Notes: generated from the letters alone by a model not told the origin. Shown: positions 1-14,400, counted from the first letter of the stretch. The stretch is DNA of 64,000 bases from Trichoplax adhaerens (GCF_000150275.1 NW_002060945.1:2689172-2753171); one strand, 5' to 3'. Made by a program: numbers and translations.

Positions 1-1650
1 AATAAAACCGGAAATTGCTTTATGAGCATTTTTGCATGAGTTTCTTTCCTGGTTCTGGTTGGCTAATGGCTACGAGTGGCAAGCTCTGTAAAGCGATGCA
101 ATCTTAGCCGCCGTGAAGACGTTGATTGGATCAATATGTTATTTCTCCGTAGCTTTCATCAATAAATATGTCAAGCTATTCAACCATTTATTATTATCCT
201 GGTAATCATTTATAATAGGTCTCATGCTTTGACTAAAGAAAAAGATGAAACATTTCTATATCAACAAGGGTTTTGGAACAAGGTGATTGTGAATAAAATT
301 AGCCAATGTGGCGTAAAATGATTGCTTTTATTCCACATTACCCTTATTGGCGCAGCCAATCTCACCTAGCTCATTCATTCTCGTACCACATTTCAACTGC
401 AGTATAAGACTGTATGTATAGACCCTGTAGTCAATGGATTTGCCTTCAAATTAAAAAGTGAGATGTAAAGCCATCCATGTATACAGAAGAACCAAACTAA
501 TTAAATATCGTTTTCTCAAAATGATGTCGAGATGATAGAAAAGAGACATGGTGGATAAAGTTCATTCGTGCAAACATCATCTGAACGCTAATCTGCGATT
601 TCAGTGGAATGGATCTCAGGTACTGGTTACAGCAGTACACACTGAGTATACACTCTACAGTACAGTCTGTTAACGACTGCGCATTTACCCAATACCAATC
701 CATTCATGTTGCTAACATACTAATTAATGCTGTACTATAAAATAATTATTTCCACAGTCCATCTTCGCCTCGCAGTCAGTCAAACTTGTCGCCGAATCGT
801 GTCTAGTATCTAGGTGTACAGATTGTAAATAGAGTCATAGAGTAGTCTTCCTGACTCTTCCGTATACGAGGACACGAACGGAGAGAGACAGTGATGCTTA
901 AGGTCTTTAACCTTATGGTGCATGATAAGCTGAATTAAAGTATGGCTTTGTCGAAAGTATACTGAAGATAGAGGTCGAAGAAAAGCATTTTCTTTTCAAT
1001 TTACAGTACTGTAACTGAATGAAAGAAACAACCAACTGACTAAAATCACCCTGCTGATACGCTTCTCCATCGTTCAACCGCAGCACCCATAAAGGTAATT
1101 ACGGTGGCTCACAAGGCTCATATACCATCGATACTCGTGCAATAAAAAGAAAAACGCCAGATCCAACTACTGTACATTCGTAACTGCAATACAGTAATTC
1201 TTTCATCCCATTCAATGGGTCGTAAAACAAATTTTTATTCGTGCTACCAACTGTCCATACCCGCATGCACCCGAGGACATATCTAAGGTACTGCAGAAAT
1301 GTGCTGAAAGCTCGACCACCTCTGTCGATAAAAATATCCTGTACAGTACAGGAATCGGGCAGAAAGTAGTGAATGACTTCTACGATACTGTACAATTTAG
1401 ACCATACGAGTATAGCAAAGGTTGTTTGAATCATTGTTTACCGCTCTCAACTGAGATGTTAACTATTATTTTACACACCAATAATATTGAAAAATTTTGT
1501 CAATTTACTGTACGATTGTGTGTAAAAAACTTCGAATTTGCCTTCTACACTACCTACGACAATTGCTGTAGACAAACGAATAGTTTGGGTTCCTAATTAG
1601 TGTTACCGACATAAAATATTGTTCTAGAGGTCTGGAATTTGATATGCTGT

Positions 1651-1754
1651 CAGTACAGTACAGTACAGTACTGTACTGTACAGTACGTACTGTACGTACT
1701 GTACTGTAAGTGGTCAAACTTCCTGCACACGTACTGTACAGTACAGTACTGTAA
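1651..1754. repeat. (CAGTA)n/(TACTG)n strand-switching pentamer tract upstream of TauD copy 1
   Basis: cagtacagtacagtacagtactgtactgtacagtacgtactgtacgtactgtactgta ... gtactgtacagtacagtactgta. Confidence 0.9.
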
Positions 1755-1953
1755 ACTTTCAATTCTTTACCACTGTAATCTATACCTTCCCAAAAAATAC
1801 TTTCAAATAAAAAACTGCAATATATTGATATTGTCAATTATTAATGAATTATTCAATATTTTCAAGTCTGCTGTTAGTCCTCTCATAATCATATGCAATC
1901 GAAGTGAGCACAGCCTGATTTCCATCATCTTTGCGATCGAATGATACCTAAGA

Positions 1954-3129
1954 ATGCTATTTAAACTACTTCGACAATCATACTGGAAATCGTCATCTCA
2001 AGCGACATGGATGAAAATGAGACATTCCTATCGTGCTGAGCGATATCGAGATTATTCAACCAGTTATCTAAAACATGATGGTCCTGTACCACCATTAAGC
2101 GTACCAGTCCAATTGGCCGGTAGAAAATTTTTACCCGGTTCGTGGCATCATCAATTTCCTCAACAGCTCAATAATCCTCAATCGGACTTCCCACATGTCG
2201 TTACACCATCCAATACTACTGATACAGCAAAGCTATCCTTAACTGATTGGGCTACTGTTGTTCGCCAATACTTAGATGATAATTTAACTAAATACGGAGC
2301 TATTCTAGTACGATCATTACCCATCCAAAATGAAGCACATTTTTCACACTTAGTCAGTCAGTTAAAGTATAACCCTCAAAGTTATAAAGGAGGTCTTGGA
2401 TATCGACAACAGAAATTAACCAATGTCATGACAGCCAGCGATGAACCAAAAGAATATAGCATCGAATTACATAATGAAATGGCTTACTTACCCAATTGGG
2501 CTGATCTGATTATATTTTATTGCAAGACACCTCCAGCATTAGGTTATGGTGGTCATACTTGTATTGCTAAAGTCAGCGATTATGTCGATCGATTAGGTCA
2601 AGACATTATTCAACCGTTTCTTAAACGAGGCGTTCGATATCAATGCCATCTATTTAGTCAAGATTCTATACCTAATGCTTACTTGACATGGCAACAATCA
2701 TTCCAAACTAAGGAAAAAGCAGAAGTAGAAGAATTCTGTACTAATGCTGGTTATACATACAAATGGGATGACAGTGAAAATCTAACCTATTATATCGATC
2801 TACCAGCCGCTGTGAATCATTCCAAGACAAATCAACTTTCATGGTTTAATCAAATTTATCAACATACACCGACTTATACAGTAGAACATCCTTCCTTCGA
2901 GAATATAGATATACCATTAGATAAACATCTTTGTCAATGCTATTACGGTGACGGCGGTAAAATTAGCGAGGATACACTATTTCGTATGCGAAGTATTAAT
3001 TGGCAAGTAGCTGTAGGATTTGAATGGCAAACAGGCGATCTTCTATTTTTAGATAATGTTTTAGTACAACACTCTAGATTAAGCTTCGAAGGTCCTCGAA
3101 AAATCTTCGTCAGTATAATGAATTATTAG
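1954..3129 (+). CDS. TauD/TfdA-family (SyrP/DdaC-like) Fe(II)/2-oxoglutarate dioxygenase, copy 1, single coding exon
   Basis: 391-aa ORF with YGAILVRSLP, IELHNEMAY (HxE), LIIFYC..PP..GG.T and WQTGDLLFLDNVLVQHSR..FEGPRKIFV, all typical of the SyrP-like TauD subfamily; basic, Ser/Arg-rich N-terminus. Confidence 0.9.
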   Translation: MLFKLLRQSYWKSSSQATWMKMRHSYRAERYRDYSTSYLKHDGPVPPLSVPVQLAGRKFLPGSWHHQFPQQLNNPQSDFPHVVTPSNTTDTAKLSLTDWATVVRQYLDDNLTKYGAILVRSLPIQNEAHFSHLVSQLKYNPQSYKGGLGYRQQKLTNVMTASDEPKEYSIELHNEMAYLPNWADLIIFYCKTPPALGYGGHTCIAKVSDYVDRLGQDIIQPFLKRGVRYQCHLFSQDSIPNAYLTWQQSFQTKEKAEVEEFCTNAGYTYKWDDSENLTYYIDLPAAVNHSKTNQLSWFNQIYQHTPTYTVEHPSFENIDIPLDKHLCQCYYGDGGKISEDTLFRMRSINWQVAVGFEWQTGDLLFLDNVLVQHSRLSFEGPRKIFVSIMNY

Positions 3130-5496
3130 CTCTTATCACATTAATACCAGTAATATTTTTACATTGATGACAACTTGTTTATAATCCTTAGAGATGAATT
3201 TCTTATGCGTACAATGCTGAGTAAAATATCAATAAATTACCGTCTTAATGAATATTAAAATTTGATAGAAATAATGATATGATAAGCGAAACGTACCTAC
3301 TCAAGCACCGATAGTTACGATATTCAATTCGTACATCTACGTTATAAATTTTTTGGTGCTCGATATTTTACAAGCAAATCAGCTTAACTAATATAATACG
3401 TAAATAATCATGGTAAATTCAACCATATGCTTATAAATTAAAGTAAGTCAACTATATTACAATTATTCTTTTACGGCTATCTGTCTATCTATCTACTATC
3501 TATCTGTCCATGTATCTATGCAAAGTAAAGCAAAGATTTGTCTACACTTCGTACACAATCTAAATTATCGTATCTCATGTCTACTTAGGATTAAAAATAT
3601 TTGAACTATGCTATAGACACAATAGCAAGATGTTCATATCCCTAGTCTAGTCCAAGATTATTTCCGAATAGAATCATAGAGACTGTTTTATGTTAGTCTT
3701 AGAATAATGCCTAATTTCTATTCTTCTTTCGATTAATTGAGTCTAGCAAAGGAGGCCTACTGTACGTTCTAACCCTTATCTAGAGCTAAGTGCTGATTGA
3801 TTGGAAGCACTTACAAGATCTCTGCAGTTCTTATTAATCTCTTAAAGCTGTTTTCACACTTGCTATTATTCTAATAAGGATCAGAAATTATCTCTTTCTG
3901 CTAAAAATTCAAATATGAAATGATTACTGCAGAAGAGTCTATGCAATGCAATTCTTACTAATCGTTGGTTGGGCTGATGTAAACGGCCTAGTCGATTAGT
4001 TTAAATGTTTTGATCGATAATTAATTGAATACTATCCATTGGATAGGCCATTCAAATTTTCTGCTTATTGCGAGATGGATATCTTCCTTTTAGAAATTGA
4101 ATGCTGTAAATATTTAGCGTGGAATATCACTTACCGTGATTCATTCAAGTAAATTAAATTCCCTTAAATTAAAATTAAATTTCGACTGCGAATGATATAT
4201 AGTAAAATGTTCGGTAGTACGATATATTTACGACTAAAGTGCTTTTCACAATTATTAAATATCTTGCCGCCGGATTAGTAATAAACAACATATAGAAAAG
4301 CCCCTTCTACTGAGATATTATGTGTGTTCTTGGAGTCAGCCAAAACCATTAACTGAGTAATGGTAGATTCCTCTTTTTTTTATTTTCTATAGCAATCCAA
4401 TTATGTTAAATTAATTAAGCAACGAATAACTATTTACTGTATTAGTATAGCTTATTCCTGTGATTAGATATTGTAGTGATTTCAGCTAATTACAATAGTT
4501 TTGTCCGTGCAATACAGTGATAGTATGTAGTGTAGAACTGTATGCCTTGATAAAGTAAGTGTTGATAAGGCTAACAACCCCGTACACGACAGATATCCAG
4601 TTTCTACTTTTACAGGTCTAATATACTTTCATGACATGATTTTTATTGACTAAATCATACGATATATATATGTAAAGCCAAGTTTTATTACTTGCCAAAC
4701 TTAATTAATTAATCAATCGGCAATTGTTGATGATAATACAGTACCGGATAAAAGGACAATAGGCCGAGTTATTCAGCAGTTGGTTCTTTTTATTCTTTTG
4801 TCTATACTCGAATTCCCTTGTGAGTAGTCCCATCTTTCTACATATAGACGCCTAGAATTGTTTAGATTTATTTTAGGTTATGCTGATATAGGCGTAGTAG
4901 CTTAATATCGCAATGTTAACTTATTGTTCGAATACTTTTATGACCGTAGCGTGAGATACGCACTAGCAAGGTACAGTATATCGAATGCTAAAGTAGCAAT
5001 GGTAAATTAAATACTGAGCATATAATTTTAATTAACTTGGAACCAGTAATTAAAGGGTAATACTGTATATCATAGTAAATCTAACAATATAAAAAGGCTA
5101 AGTTTCATTACTGGTAAGACATTGGCGTCCTTATATCTTATTAATCTTATTAAGCTAACTTAGCTATTCGAGAAATACTAACTAGCACTACAAAGTGAGT
5201 GATACTAGAAAAGCACTGAATGAAACGCTTCAGTTTAGCTGTTATTTATAGTTTTCCCATAGGGCCTGTGTGCTGGCTAGCATTAATGCTTTTCTTTAAT
5301 ATTGGTTTTGATCTACCGGCATAAAAAACTAGTTCAGGCCGAGTTTACGAACAGATCTCATTGGAACGCCCGTAGTTGATCGAATTCGATTGCTTAAACT
5401 ATAATTATTGAAGAGTAATTTTGATTATCAACCCTATCAGATCCAGCAACATAGCTCGTTTGATTCTATTATCTTCGTGATTAAAATGCTCAAAGA

Positions 5497-6687
5497 ATGG
5501 CCTATAAACTAATCAGTCGTTACTACAAAAAGTTATCGCAACAAAGTAGAATGCAATGGAGAACATGGATGTACAAAAGATATTGTTTCAATAGTCAGTC
5601 ATATCGAGATTATTCAAGTGCTTTTCTACAAAATGAAAGCCCTTTACCAGAACTAAGCGTCCCAGTCCAACTAGCTGGTAGAAAGTATTTACCCGGTTCG
5701 TGGCATCATCAGTTTCCACAACAGCTTAACAATCCTCAACCTGATTTTCCACATGTCGTTACTCCATCTAATACTACTGATGCAGCAAATTTATCCTTAA
5801 CCGACTGGGCTACTGTTGTTCGCCAATACTTAGATGATAATTTAACTAAATATGGGGCGGTTCTGGTACGATCATTACCCATCCAAAATGAAACACATTT
5901 TTCACAGTTAGTTAGTCAACTAAAATATAACCCTCAATCTTATAAAGGAGGTATAGGAAATCGGCATAGCAAGGTAACCAATGTCATGACAGCCAGCGAT
6001 GAACCAAAAGAATGCAGTATTGAATTACATAATGAAATGGCTTACTCACCTAATTGGTCTGATCTTATTATTTTCTATTGCAAGATACCTCCTGCATTAG
6101 GTCATGGTGGACATACTTGTATTGCTAAAGTCAGCGATTATGTCGATCGATTAGGCCAAGATATTACTCAACCATTTCTTAAACGAGGCCTTCGATATCA
6201 AAACTATCTATTTAGCCAAGGTTCTGTACCTTATAAATACATTACATGGCAACAATCATTCCAAACTAAGGAAAAAGCAGAGGTAGAAGAATTCTGTACT
6301 AATGCAGGTTACACATATAAATGGGATGACAATGAAAATCTAACCTATTATATCGATCTACCTGCCGTTGTAAATCATTCCAAGACAAGTAAACTTTCAT
6401 GGTTTAATCAAATTTATCAACATTCGCCAACATATACCAGAGAACATCCTTCTTTCGAAGTTGCAGATTTACCATTAGACAAACATCCGCTTCAATGCTA
6501 TTTCGGTGACGGTGGTGAAATTAGTGAGGATATACTATTTTACATGCGTAGTGTTAATTGGCAAGTAGCTGTCGGGTTTGAATGGCAAGCTGGGGATGTC
6601 CTGTTTTTGGATAATGTTTTAGTACAGCATTCCAGATTGAGTTTTGAGGGTCCTCGAAAAGTTTACGTCAGTATAATGAACTATTAG
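5497..6687 (+). CDS. TauD/TfdA-family (SyrP/DdaC-like) dioxygenase, copy 2 (tandem paralog)
   Basis: 396-aa ORF, highly similar to 1954..3129 from about PVQLAGRK onward, with the same HxE...H motifs and C-terminus (VSIMNY); the N-terminus has diverged. Confidence 0.9.
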   Translation: MAYKLISRYYKKLSQQSRMQWRTWMYKRYCFNSQSYRDYSSAFLQNESPLPELSVPVQLAGRKYLPGSWHHQFPQQLNNPQPDFPHVVTPSNTTDAANLSLTDWATVVRQYLDDNLTKYGAVLVRSLPIQNETHFSQLVSQLKYNPQSYKGGIGNRHSKVTNVMTASDEPKECSIELHNEMAYSPNWSDLIIFYCKIPPALGHGGHTCIAKVSDYVDRLGQDITQPFLKRGLRYQNYLFSQGSVPYKYITWQQSFQTKEKAEVEEFCTNAGYTYKWDDNENLTYYIDLPAVVNHSKTSKLSWFNQIYQHSPTYTREHPSFEVADLPLDKHPLQCYFGDGGEISEDILFYMRSVNWQVAVGFEWQAGDVLFLDNVLVQHSRLSFEGPRKVYVSIMNY

Positions 6688-8956
6688 TTCTTATAACAGT
6701 ATTGTATCGATGGCTGAACTTATTTACGCATGTTTATTATATTATCCGCATAGGAAAATGATTTAGATGGATGTTTACCGATAATACGTATATACTTGAT
6801 CAACTTTTTTCAGAGAATCGCATAACATCGTAGTAATTCCATTAGCTTTCCAACCGCAATTGCTTTCGGATATGTACTAGCAAACTACGAAATTATTTAA
6901 TATTATTAAGATTTGGTAAAGATAATGGTATATTAATCGAGCCTGTCAGTTCAAGTAATGCAATAATCCGGTACATTAATTATAGCAAAACAATATTAAT
7001 TAAACTTATACGAGGGCGGTATATGCGTGTACGCATGCTATCATCTAAAATTTTTAAACTGAATAGATTTAAGCTTCTAATATTTTTACTAGTACTTGTA
7101 TTTTTTAATCAATGCGAATTGATAGTTTCAGGCATCCAATTTTATAATATTCTCACTCTTGCTACTCTATACGCATACTCGTATGGCATGCAATTCATGC
7201 TATCTCCATCTTTAGATAGATGTAGACCATTTTTAACTATTAAAATTATACTTGGTATCTGGTAAAACCTATGGCATTCGTTCTTGAGATTTAACTATCC
7301 TAATTATTGCTATTTTAGGCAGTAAGTTAACTACATACGCCAATAAAGAGTCTCAAAAGTAGCATGACAAGGTTTCGATTTCTTATGTAAATAACAAATC
7401 AGTTCAATTTTCTTACCAAGAACTATCAGCAGTTAACTTTATCTAATAAATTTCGAACTATTTACTATATCTGAATTATTTATCTTGCTATAAACATTAC
7501 TCTACCTGATGAACTTGCTTAGTCTTATCTACCAGTGGAATATCTTGCTCGTGACACTTTGCGAAAATAGATTGTAGTATTTTATTAGTACTTTGATAAC
7601 AAACAGTGCGCAGCTCATGAAGTTCTTAAAGAACTTCAAAGAATTTCATGCTAAATTTGTACCCGAGAGATTAAGTAAGTTGGCTAATAAGCACTGAAAT
7701 TACTCGGATTACAGCGCTGTACAGTATAGTTACACAGTGAATAAAAAAAAATACAGAACTACCTATTGAGCATCTAAAGTCTAAAGCCTCTATTACAGTT
7801 AACTATTAATACGTATGCCATTTGTTTATTAAACACCTCCTCTAGTATTCATAATAAATAGTAGAGCCCGAAAATATCGACATTCACTCCGGCCGGTACT
7901 TTCGCGGATAAAGGCTATGGTTGAGAAGCTACTGTAGTTATAGAGTACAGACGATCACACAAATTATGAAAAGGAAGAAAAGTACTTTATTTAGAACATA
8001 TAGGCAAATAGCAGGCTCCTACAACGCCAGGCATCGCTTGACCATGGTAATAACATTAAGTTGATCGGGCTACCTATATCTTCACTAATAGTATTCTAGA
8101 TTATCTTAATTTATCAACTGAATAAACGGCCCTTTTTATCCTCTACACATAAATGATAGAGAACTACAACTCCTAGTCAATAGCAATTTCAGAGGGCACT
8201 CTTTTTTACCATTTTAAAATTTATATCTAACTATCGATATGGATACTATGCTAATTATGCCAATCATTAATTCCTATTGCAGGGCTGGATAAAATATTAC
8301 TGTTAACAGACATAAAACATCTAAACTAACTATAAAAAATTTAGCATGCAGCACATATTGATCGAATCCGGCTACGTTTTAATGAAGTTTTGTTTCAAAG
8401 AAAATGGGCATAGCTCGCTCAAGGTGTAATTAGCAAAACAACATGAACGATACAAGTATTGAATTTTATGCTGTCTACAAGTTTATATTACTTGGCTATT
8501 GAAATTGGTATCTATACTTGTTTTGCCTACCATTAATTTAGATTGTAAAAATCTTGATAACATTTTAGTAGGAATAAAAGTAAATATTTTCGAAAATTCA
8601 AAATTTCATGTACATTGGTTGATATTGGCTAAATTTTAATGAAGTTATCCGTCAAGAAAGACGCAATTGAAGATGTATTACTGTAAACAGTAACAGTCTC
8701 AATTATAATACAATTAGATACTAATCTATTTTCCGAGTACATCTATGATATGAAATGATGTATTATATCATCGATTTAGTAATTCTTCTAAGGTAAATTC
8801 ATTCATGGCCGCAGAAATGCTGAATTTGGTACATCATACCTCTTAAATTAATCGAAAGGCTTTCAAAATATCCCTACTTAGATAGACGCCTACTGGTAAT
8901 ACGCACCATATATATACATTTGATTCAATTTTTCAAAGAGTCGCATAAATACGTTG

Positions 8957-10060
8957 CAGTAATTCCATTAGCTTTCCAGTCACATTACTTTCGAATATGT
9001 GCTGGCAAATTACGGAATTAATTAAGATTTGGTAATGATGGTAATATAATAATTGTTATAATTAATCGAAGCCTGCCAGTTCAGGCAATGATCCAGTACA
9101 GTAGTTACAGCATAACAATTCTTAACTTATACTAGGCATTATACGCGCGTATGTTATTAAATAAAATTTTTTACTCAATACATTTAAGCTTCTAATATCT
9201 TACTAGTAAGTGTATTTTTAAATCAGACCGAATTGATAGTCTCATAATATTCTCATTCTGCTACGCTATGTGCATGCTCATATGGCATGCTATTCATGCT
9301 ATTTTCATCTCTAGATAGCTATTTTACTACTGTGCTTCCAACTAAATTAAATTAAGTAACGGGTAGCTATTTACTATTCTGGTAGTTCCTATTAATTATC
9401 AGCTATTCGGTTCCAAATTCTTTAGGTCTAGTACACTTTCCTGACACAATTTACTAAAATATACAATATACTGTATATAAAAAGCCAACTTTTAGTTACT
9501 TGCCAAACTTATCATCCTTAATGAATCAGCAACTGTTGATGGGATATAATACCCGGGTACATAATAAAGAGACAGCAGGCCTATTAATTAGGATCAGCAG
9601 GTAGTTCTTTTTTATTCTTATAACTATTTTTCCAATCCTCTAAATTAGTCGATAACGATTGTTCATTAACGATCTAACTACTTCATATTAGCACTTGTAT
9701 GTAAGTTCAGAATTGTTTATATTTATTCTAGGTTTTGCTGGTATAAGCGTATCAGCAGAAAGTCGCGATTTTAAGCTATTGTTCAGATATTTTATAGTCA
9801 TAGCGTAAGATACACTATAATAAGTAAAAGTATTTCGAATGCTAGGATCATAAGAATACGTTAATGTCACAAAGGTGGCTTCATGAACGGTCTTAAATTA
9901 AAATTACGGTTTACCTTACCGTCTCCAACGCCTAGTTCTATACAGTAGTATGACTGCTTGATCAATTTGTTAAGGAGCACAGTTTCGTACGCTAATAATA
10001 GAATACTGAGCATATAATTTCAACTAATTTTGAACGAATAAATAAAGGACAGTACCGGTA
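8957..10060 (+). repeat. Diverged duplicates of the non-coding flanks of TauD copy 2
   Basis: 8957-9318 resembles 6831-7219 (agtaattccattagctttcca ... atttaagcttctaatat ... tatggcatgc); about 9420-10060 resembles 4610-5065 (aggtcta, ttacttgccaaactta, cgaatgcta, aatactgagcatataattt). Confidence 0.8.
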
Positions 10061-11444
10061 CTTACGTAACTCAATCATGAAGGAAATTTAATTATTGGTT
10101 TATAAAAATAAACCAGACAACAACAATAAAGTTATTGGTTTACACTGTTAGCAGTGCTATCGTTTCTAATTCATTTTAACTGCTTTTTAAGATTTGCTAA
10201 TACAAATCTATAAAGTAAAATATGCTATGTTGTTAGACTTTCTTTTCGACATTTTTACTCTTGCTGTACTATCGATGGTGGTAAATGGCATATGATATTT
10301 TCCGTCTTTATACAACTATAAAACGTTTTTTTAATTCTGAAGCTTACGATACCAGTATAGCTAGCCAGATCTATGATACCCTTCAAACTAAGAAGTGCAT
10401 GGCATTATTATCAGCATATAGGAGTAATTATGTTCGACTGGTCGTGGATCTTTATGATTTACATTCTTCTAATTAATCTTAATTTATTTACTGAATAAGC
10501 AGTTCTTTTACGTCTTATTTAATCGTATTTTCTATTGATGGTATTAGGGGATTACTACCGTAACTTTTAGTGTATAGTTGGCCACGATTATCGATATGAT
10601 ACTAATCACACTAATCAAGAACTTGCACAATTTTCTAAAACTATTTATGATTAAGGCTGATATCGTATTCTTGCTTCAATAATTCCTCGAACTTGTACAA
10701 GCTTACAACTATGGACCCCTAAATATTATCGCATCTCTCAATTGATAAATATAAACTTTCGAATTTTTGTTTTAATTTCTGATAGAATGATCCTAAAGTA
10801 AATAGACTTTATTTTATTGCAATATTATACTTTCAAATTCAATAGAGTCCCTTTCCAGTAAATTTTAGCTAATATTGCAATTACAACAAGAGTTGCATTA
10901 TCTGGCTTAAGTTTAAATTGACTTTATTCAAATCGAAATGATAGAAAATAGAATCATCAAGCAATAATGACGAATGGCGTAATGTACGTGTATGAATACA
11001 AATAGTCAATTTCTACCACCATATAGTTACGGCTACAGTAGTTACAACAATTACCCGCATAATTATAATAGATATTTATGACTTATTTAATCTTGAGAAT
11101 ATATTTAAAGTAATTTAAAACGTTATATCTAAAAAATGTCCTTCCAGCTTATTATTGGTATGGTAGACATTTAATAGCGCATTTGCATAGCGGGATAGTA
11201 GTAATTGTCATTTTCAGAATGACAGTGTCAAAATTATATTAGCTATATTGCAAGGCAATATGCATTACTTTACAGTACAGATAGTCCTAAAATGTAGACG
11301 GTAATAATGAACAGTTAATAATACGTGAGTATTTCTGCCCTTAGACAATCAAATAAAAAATGATCTTATATTCTAACTACATCCTAAGGGGTAAAACTAT
11401 CAGGTGAACAGTGTGTGTACTATGGGATTCAATCCTAATTCTAT

Positions 11445-14400
11445 TTATTTTGATTCGTCCTTCGAGGTTTCCCGAACTAAACTAAGTAACTTATCCAGCT
11501 TAGCGATTTCAGCTTGTTTACGTTCTGCCTTGGTCATAGGTGGCGCATTCTTACTCTTTTCCTATTAGGCATTCAAAATGTTATTCTTACATATAAAATG
11601 CTTAAAGTATTATCTAGCAATAGTTCTAAATATTGATTGTATGAAATAGTTTGCAAAAATCAATAACAACAGAAAATAGAATAACACAATCGGTTTGATT
11701 TACCTTACTAATCCTACGAAGATTAGGTGATAACTTGAAGCTAGTAACATATCCTCGATCATCACCAGTGTTGATTATTGGATGGTGAGGATTGAAGGCA
11801 ATATGTGTTAATTTCGTTTTCTTCTTTTGAACGACTATTATTTATGCATGAAATAATAATATCAATGGGTTTACTAGGTTTATCTCCATTTTCTTCATTG
11901 CGAATGAAATTATTGTTAATATAAACTCACCAAGTTGTTCACATATTGGTTCATATTTATTAAGATTTAAATCAAATACGTGAATCTAAAATATGATGAA
12001 ATAATAATAATATTAGAAAAATCTAGTGTCAGCTGTCAGTAATGAAAATTTAACTTTATTGTAAGTCTTCCTGGTAAATTACAAATGTCTTTAATCTACC
12101 TTGCCATCATCTGTGACTGCAGCAAAAACTGTAGATGAGTATGGAGACCAAGCAATATCTCCAACGCTACTATTCAAGTCAAAGGTAAACATAGGCTCTC
12201 TATAAAAGTAAATTAAGTAGAACGTTAAATTAACAGCTGAATATTGGTGTATTCTGTAAATCAATACTTAGATAGCTTATTAGGGTCTTATTGCAAGTGT
12301 AGTTGTTCACATAAATGATCATGTGTATTCTAGAACTTTACTTGGGATGGGTATGATCCCAAATTTTTACGGTCCAATCAGCACTACACGATATGAAAAT
12401 GTCCGGGTGATAATAATTCCATCGTACTGCATACACAGCCATATGGTGAGCCTTGAATATTAACCGAAATTTACATATTTAGACTTACTGCACAATAAAT
12501 TGTAATCTAGAACACTAATTTCAACTAGTAGCAATAATTACGTCATAGGTATCGAGATACTGGCTCGAATAAGCTTTGGAACACTTATAAATTTTGCCTT
12601 CTTCCGTTCCTAACATTAACAAGATTTTAAAGCCCAATTATTTTGACATACTACTCAATATCAAATAAGATTTTTAATTATTTGCGAATTATGCTACTAT
12701 TCTTTCTTACCGACTAAGAAGATATAATCGACAGTCTTGCTGAAATCGAATGAAGTGCCGCAGCCTAAAATATAGGTAAATCGATTAGACAAAATAATAT
12801 TGAGCCAATGCAGATTACAGTTGTCGCTTCAGGTTGTATATTAACGATTTCGAACCGCAAATAATGTAGTACTAAGATAACTATTGAAGGTACTACCGGT
12901 TTAAGTCATGGAATCAGCAATTACACGATAAGAATAAGTTAATTTAAAGTATAAGGCGACATTTTGCTTATTATAAGTAAGTAAAATTAGAGACCAGAAG
13001 TTGAAGATGATAGAAGGAATTAATTTCTATCGAAGTAATAAACTACAGTACCTAGATTGAACAACTGGGTCCCATTTGGGCCTTCAGTAGGAATATCACT
13101 CATTCTTAATTCAATAACGTTAGTATGGTGTAATTCATTCTAAAAAAATTTTGATGGTTTAACGGTATCAAAATTAAATAATGTCTACTGGAAGAAATTG
13201 ATTAAGAATAATAATTGCGGAAAACAAAATACTGGTACCTTAACAATTGTCCACATCACCACTCGCCCATCTGATGAAACTGAATAAAAATTTAAATGAT
13301 TATCCAAATCATCTTTTTGCCAACTAACCTACAAGGAATAGATGATAAGCATATAAGAATCATGCATGATATTTTTACTGTGTCATATTCATACTTATAA
13401 TTACTGATAATAATAATTACAAACGCATTAGACTTTATGTAATGGAATGACCGAAATTACCTGCCACACTGGATCGGTATGCTTGCCGTTATTAGCAGTA
13501 GATTTATAAATTGGATCTTGCACTTTTTCTTGAACGTTATAAACAGCAACGCTACCATCGTAAAATCCAACAGCAACAAGAAACTGATGTTCAGGGTGGA
13601 TATCTAAACACATGACTCCACTTTCTGTTGAATAGATGTATCTGACAGTAGATAATAACATAGAATAAGTCGAAGATCAATATGCAGGCTATTTACGCTC
13701 ACTGTCAAATATGATGTATCGATCCTTACTCGGGATATGAAGGATTCTTCATAGAGTAAAAGCATATCATGCCTCGGCTTTGCTTCAAAAATTCATCTAA
13801 CATATAATAAAAAACATATTCATGTTAGGCAGATATTGGTTATAGAGAATTATCTTTATTTATAACTGGAGATAAATCAATACTTTTAAGCTTTTAATGA
13901 CGATTCTAGTTTAATTTAATTTAATTATAATCCTATTCTAGCTTACATGATCCATAGCCCACAGCAACTAAATCATGATACTTTGGATTCCTAGAAGTTA
14001 TGCATTACAAAATGAAAGCGTTAAACCGCTAAAATCCAAAAAATAGATTGAACTAATAATCATCAAAAAACTACCGAAGTTATCATAATCATACCAACAC
14101 ATCGCTGTAACTGCCAGTCTTTTAGATTTATCATAAGAATACTTCCAAAGTGGTAGCAGTGTTCCTTCCTGGTCTCTGAACTCATCAGCAGCGTCTTCCC
14201 AGTATTTAAAATCTAAAATATACAAACGATATCGGTAATACACAAATTAGCAAATCCAAGAATCACCGTGAAATTTTTCTTTTACAACGCTCTATTGGTA
14301 CCTTGAGCAATGTCATCATACGTATTTTGGTTAACCATTCTTTCGACAATTTTGGAAGCTTTGTGTATCTTAGAGATATCATCCGTCTATTTCAAGTTAT

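Noticed and set aside
1-75. Possible minus-strand exon running off the window edge
   Set aside because: An open frame after a candidate AG exists but is too short to identify; upstream CCAAT and pentamer motifs at 630-700 are only suggestive.
1550-1944. ORFs rich in YSTVQYCTV / TVLYC (also 17241-17795, 31585-31830, 32583-32870, 33346-33637, 58353-58866)
   Set aside because: These are translations of the CAGTA/TACTG repeat, which is stop-poor on both strands; no protein family signal.
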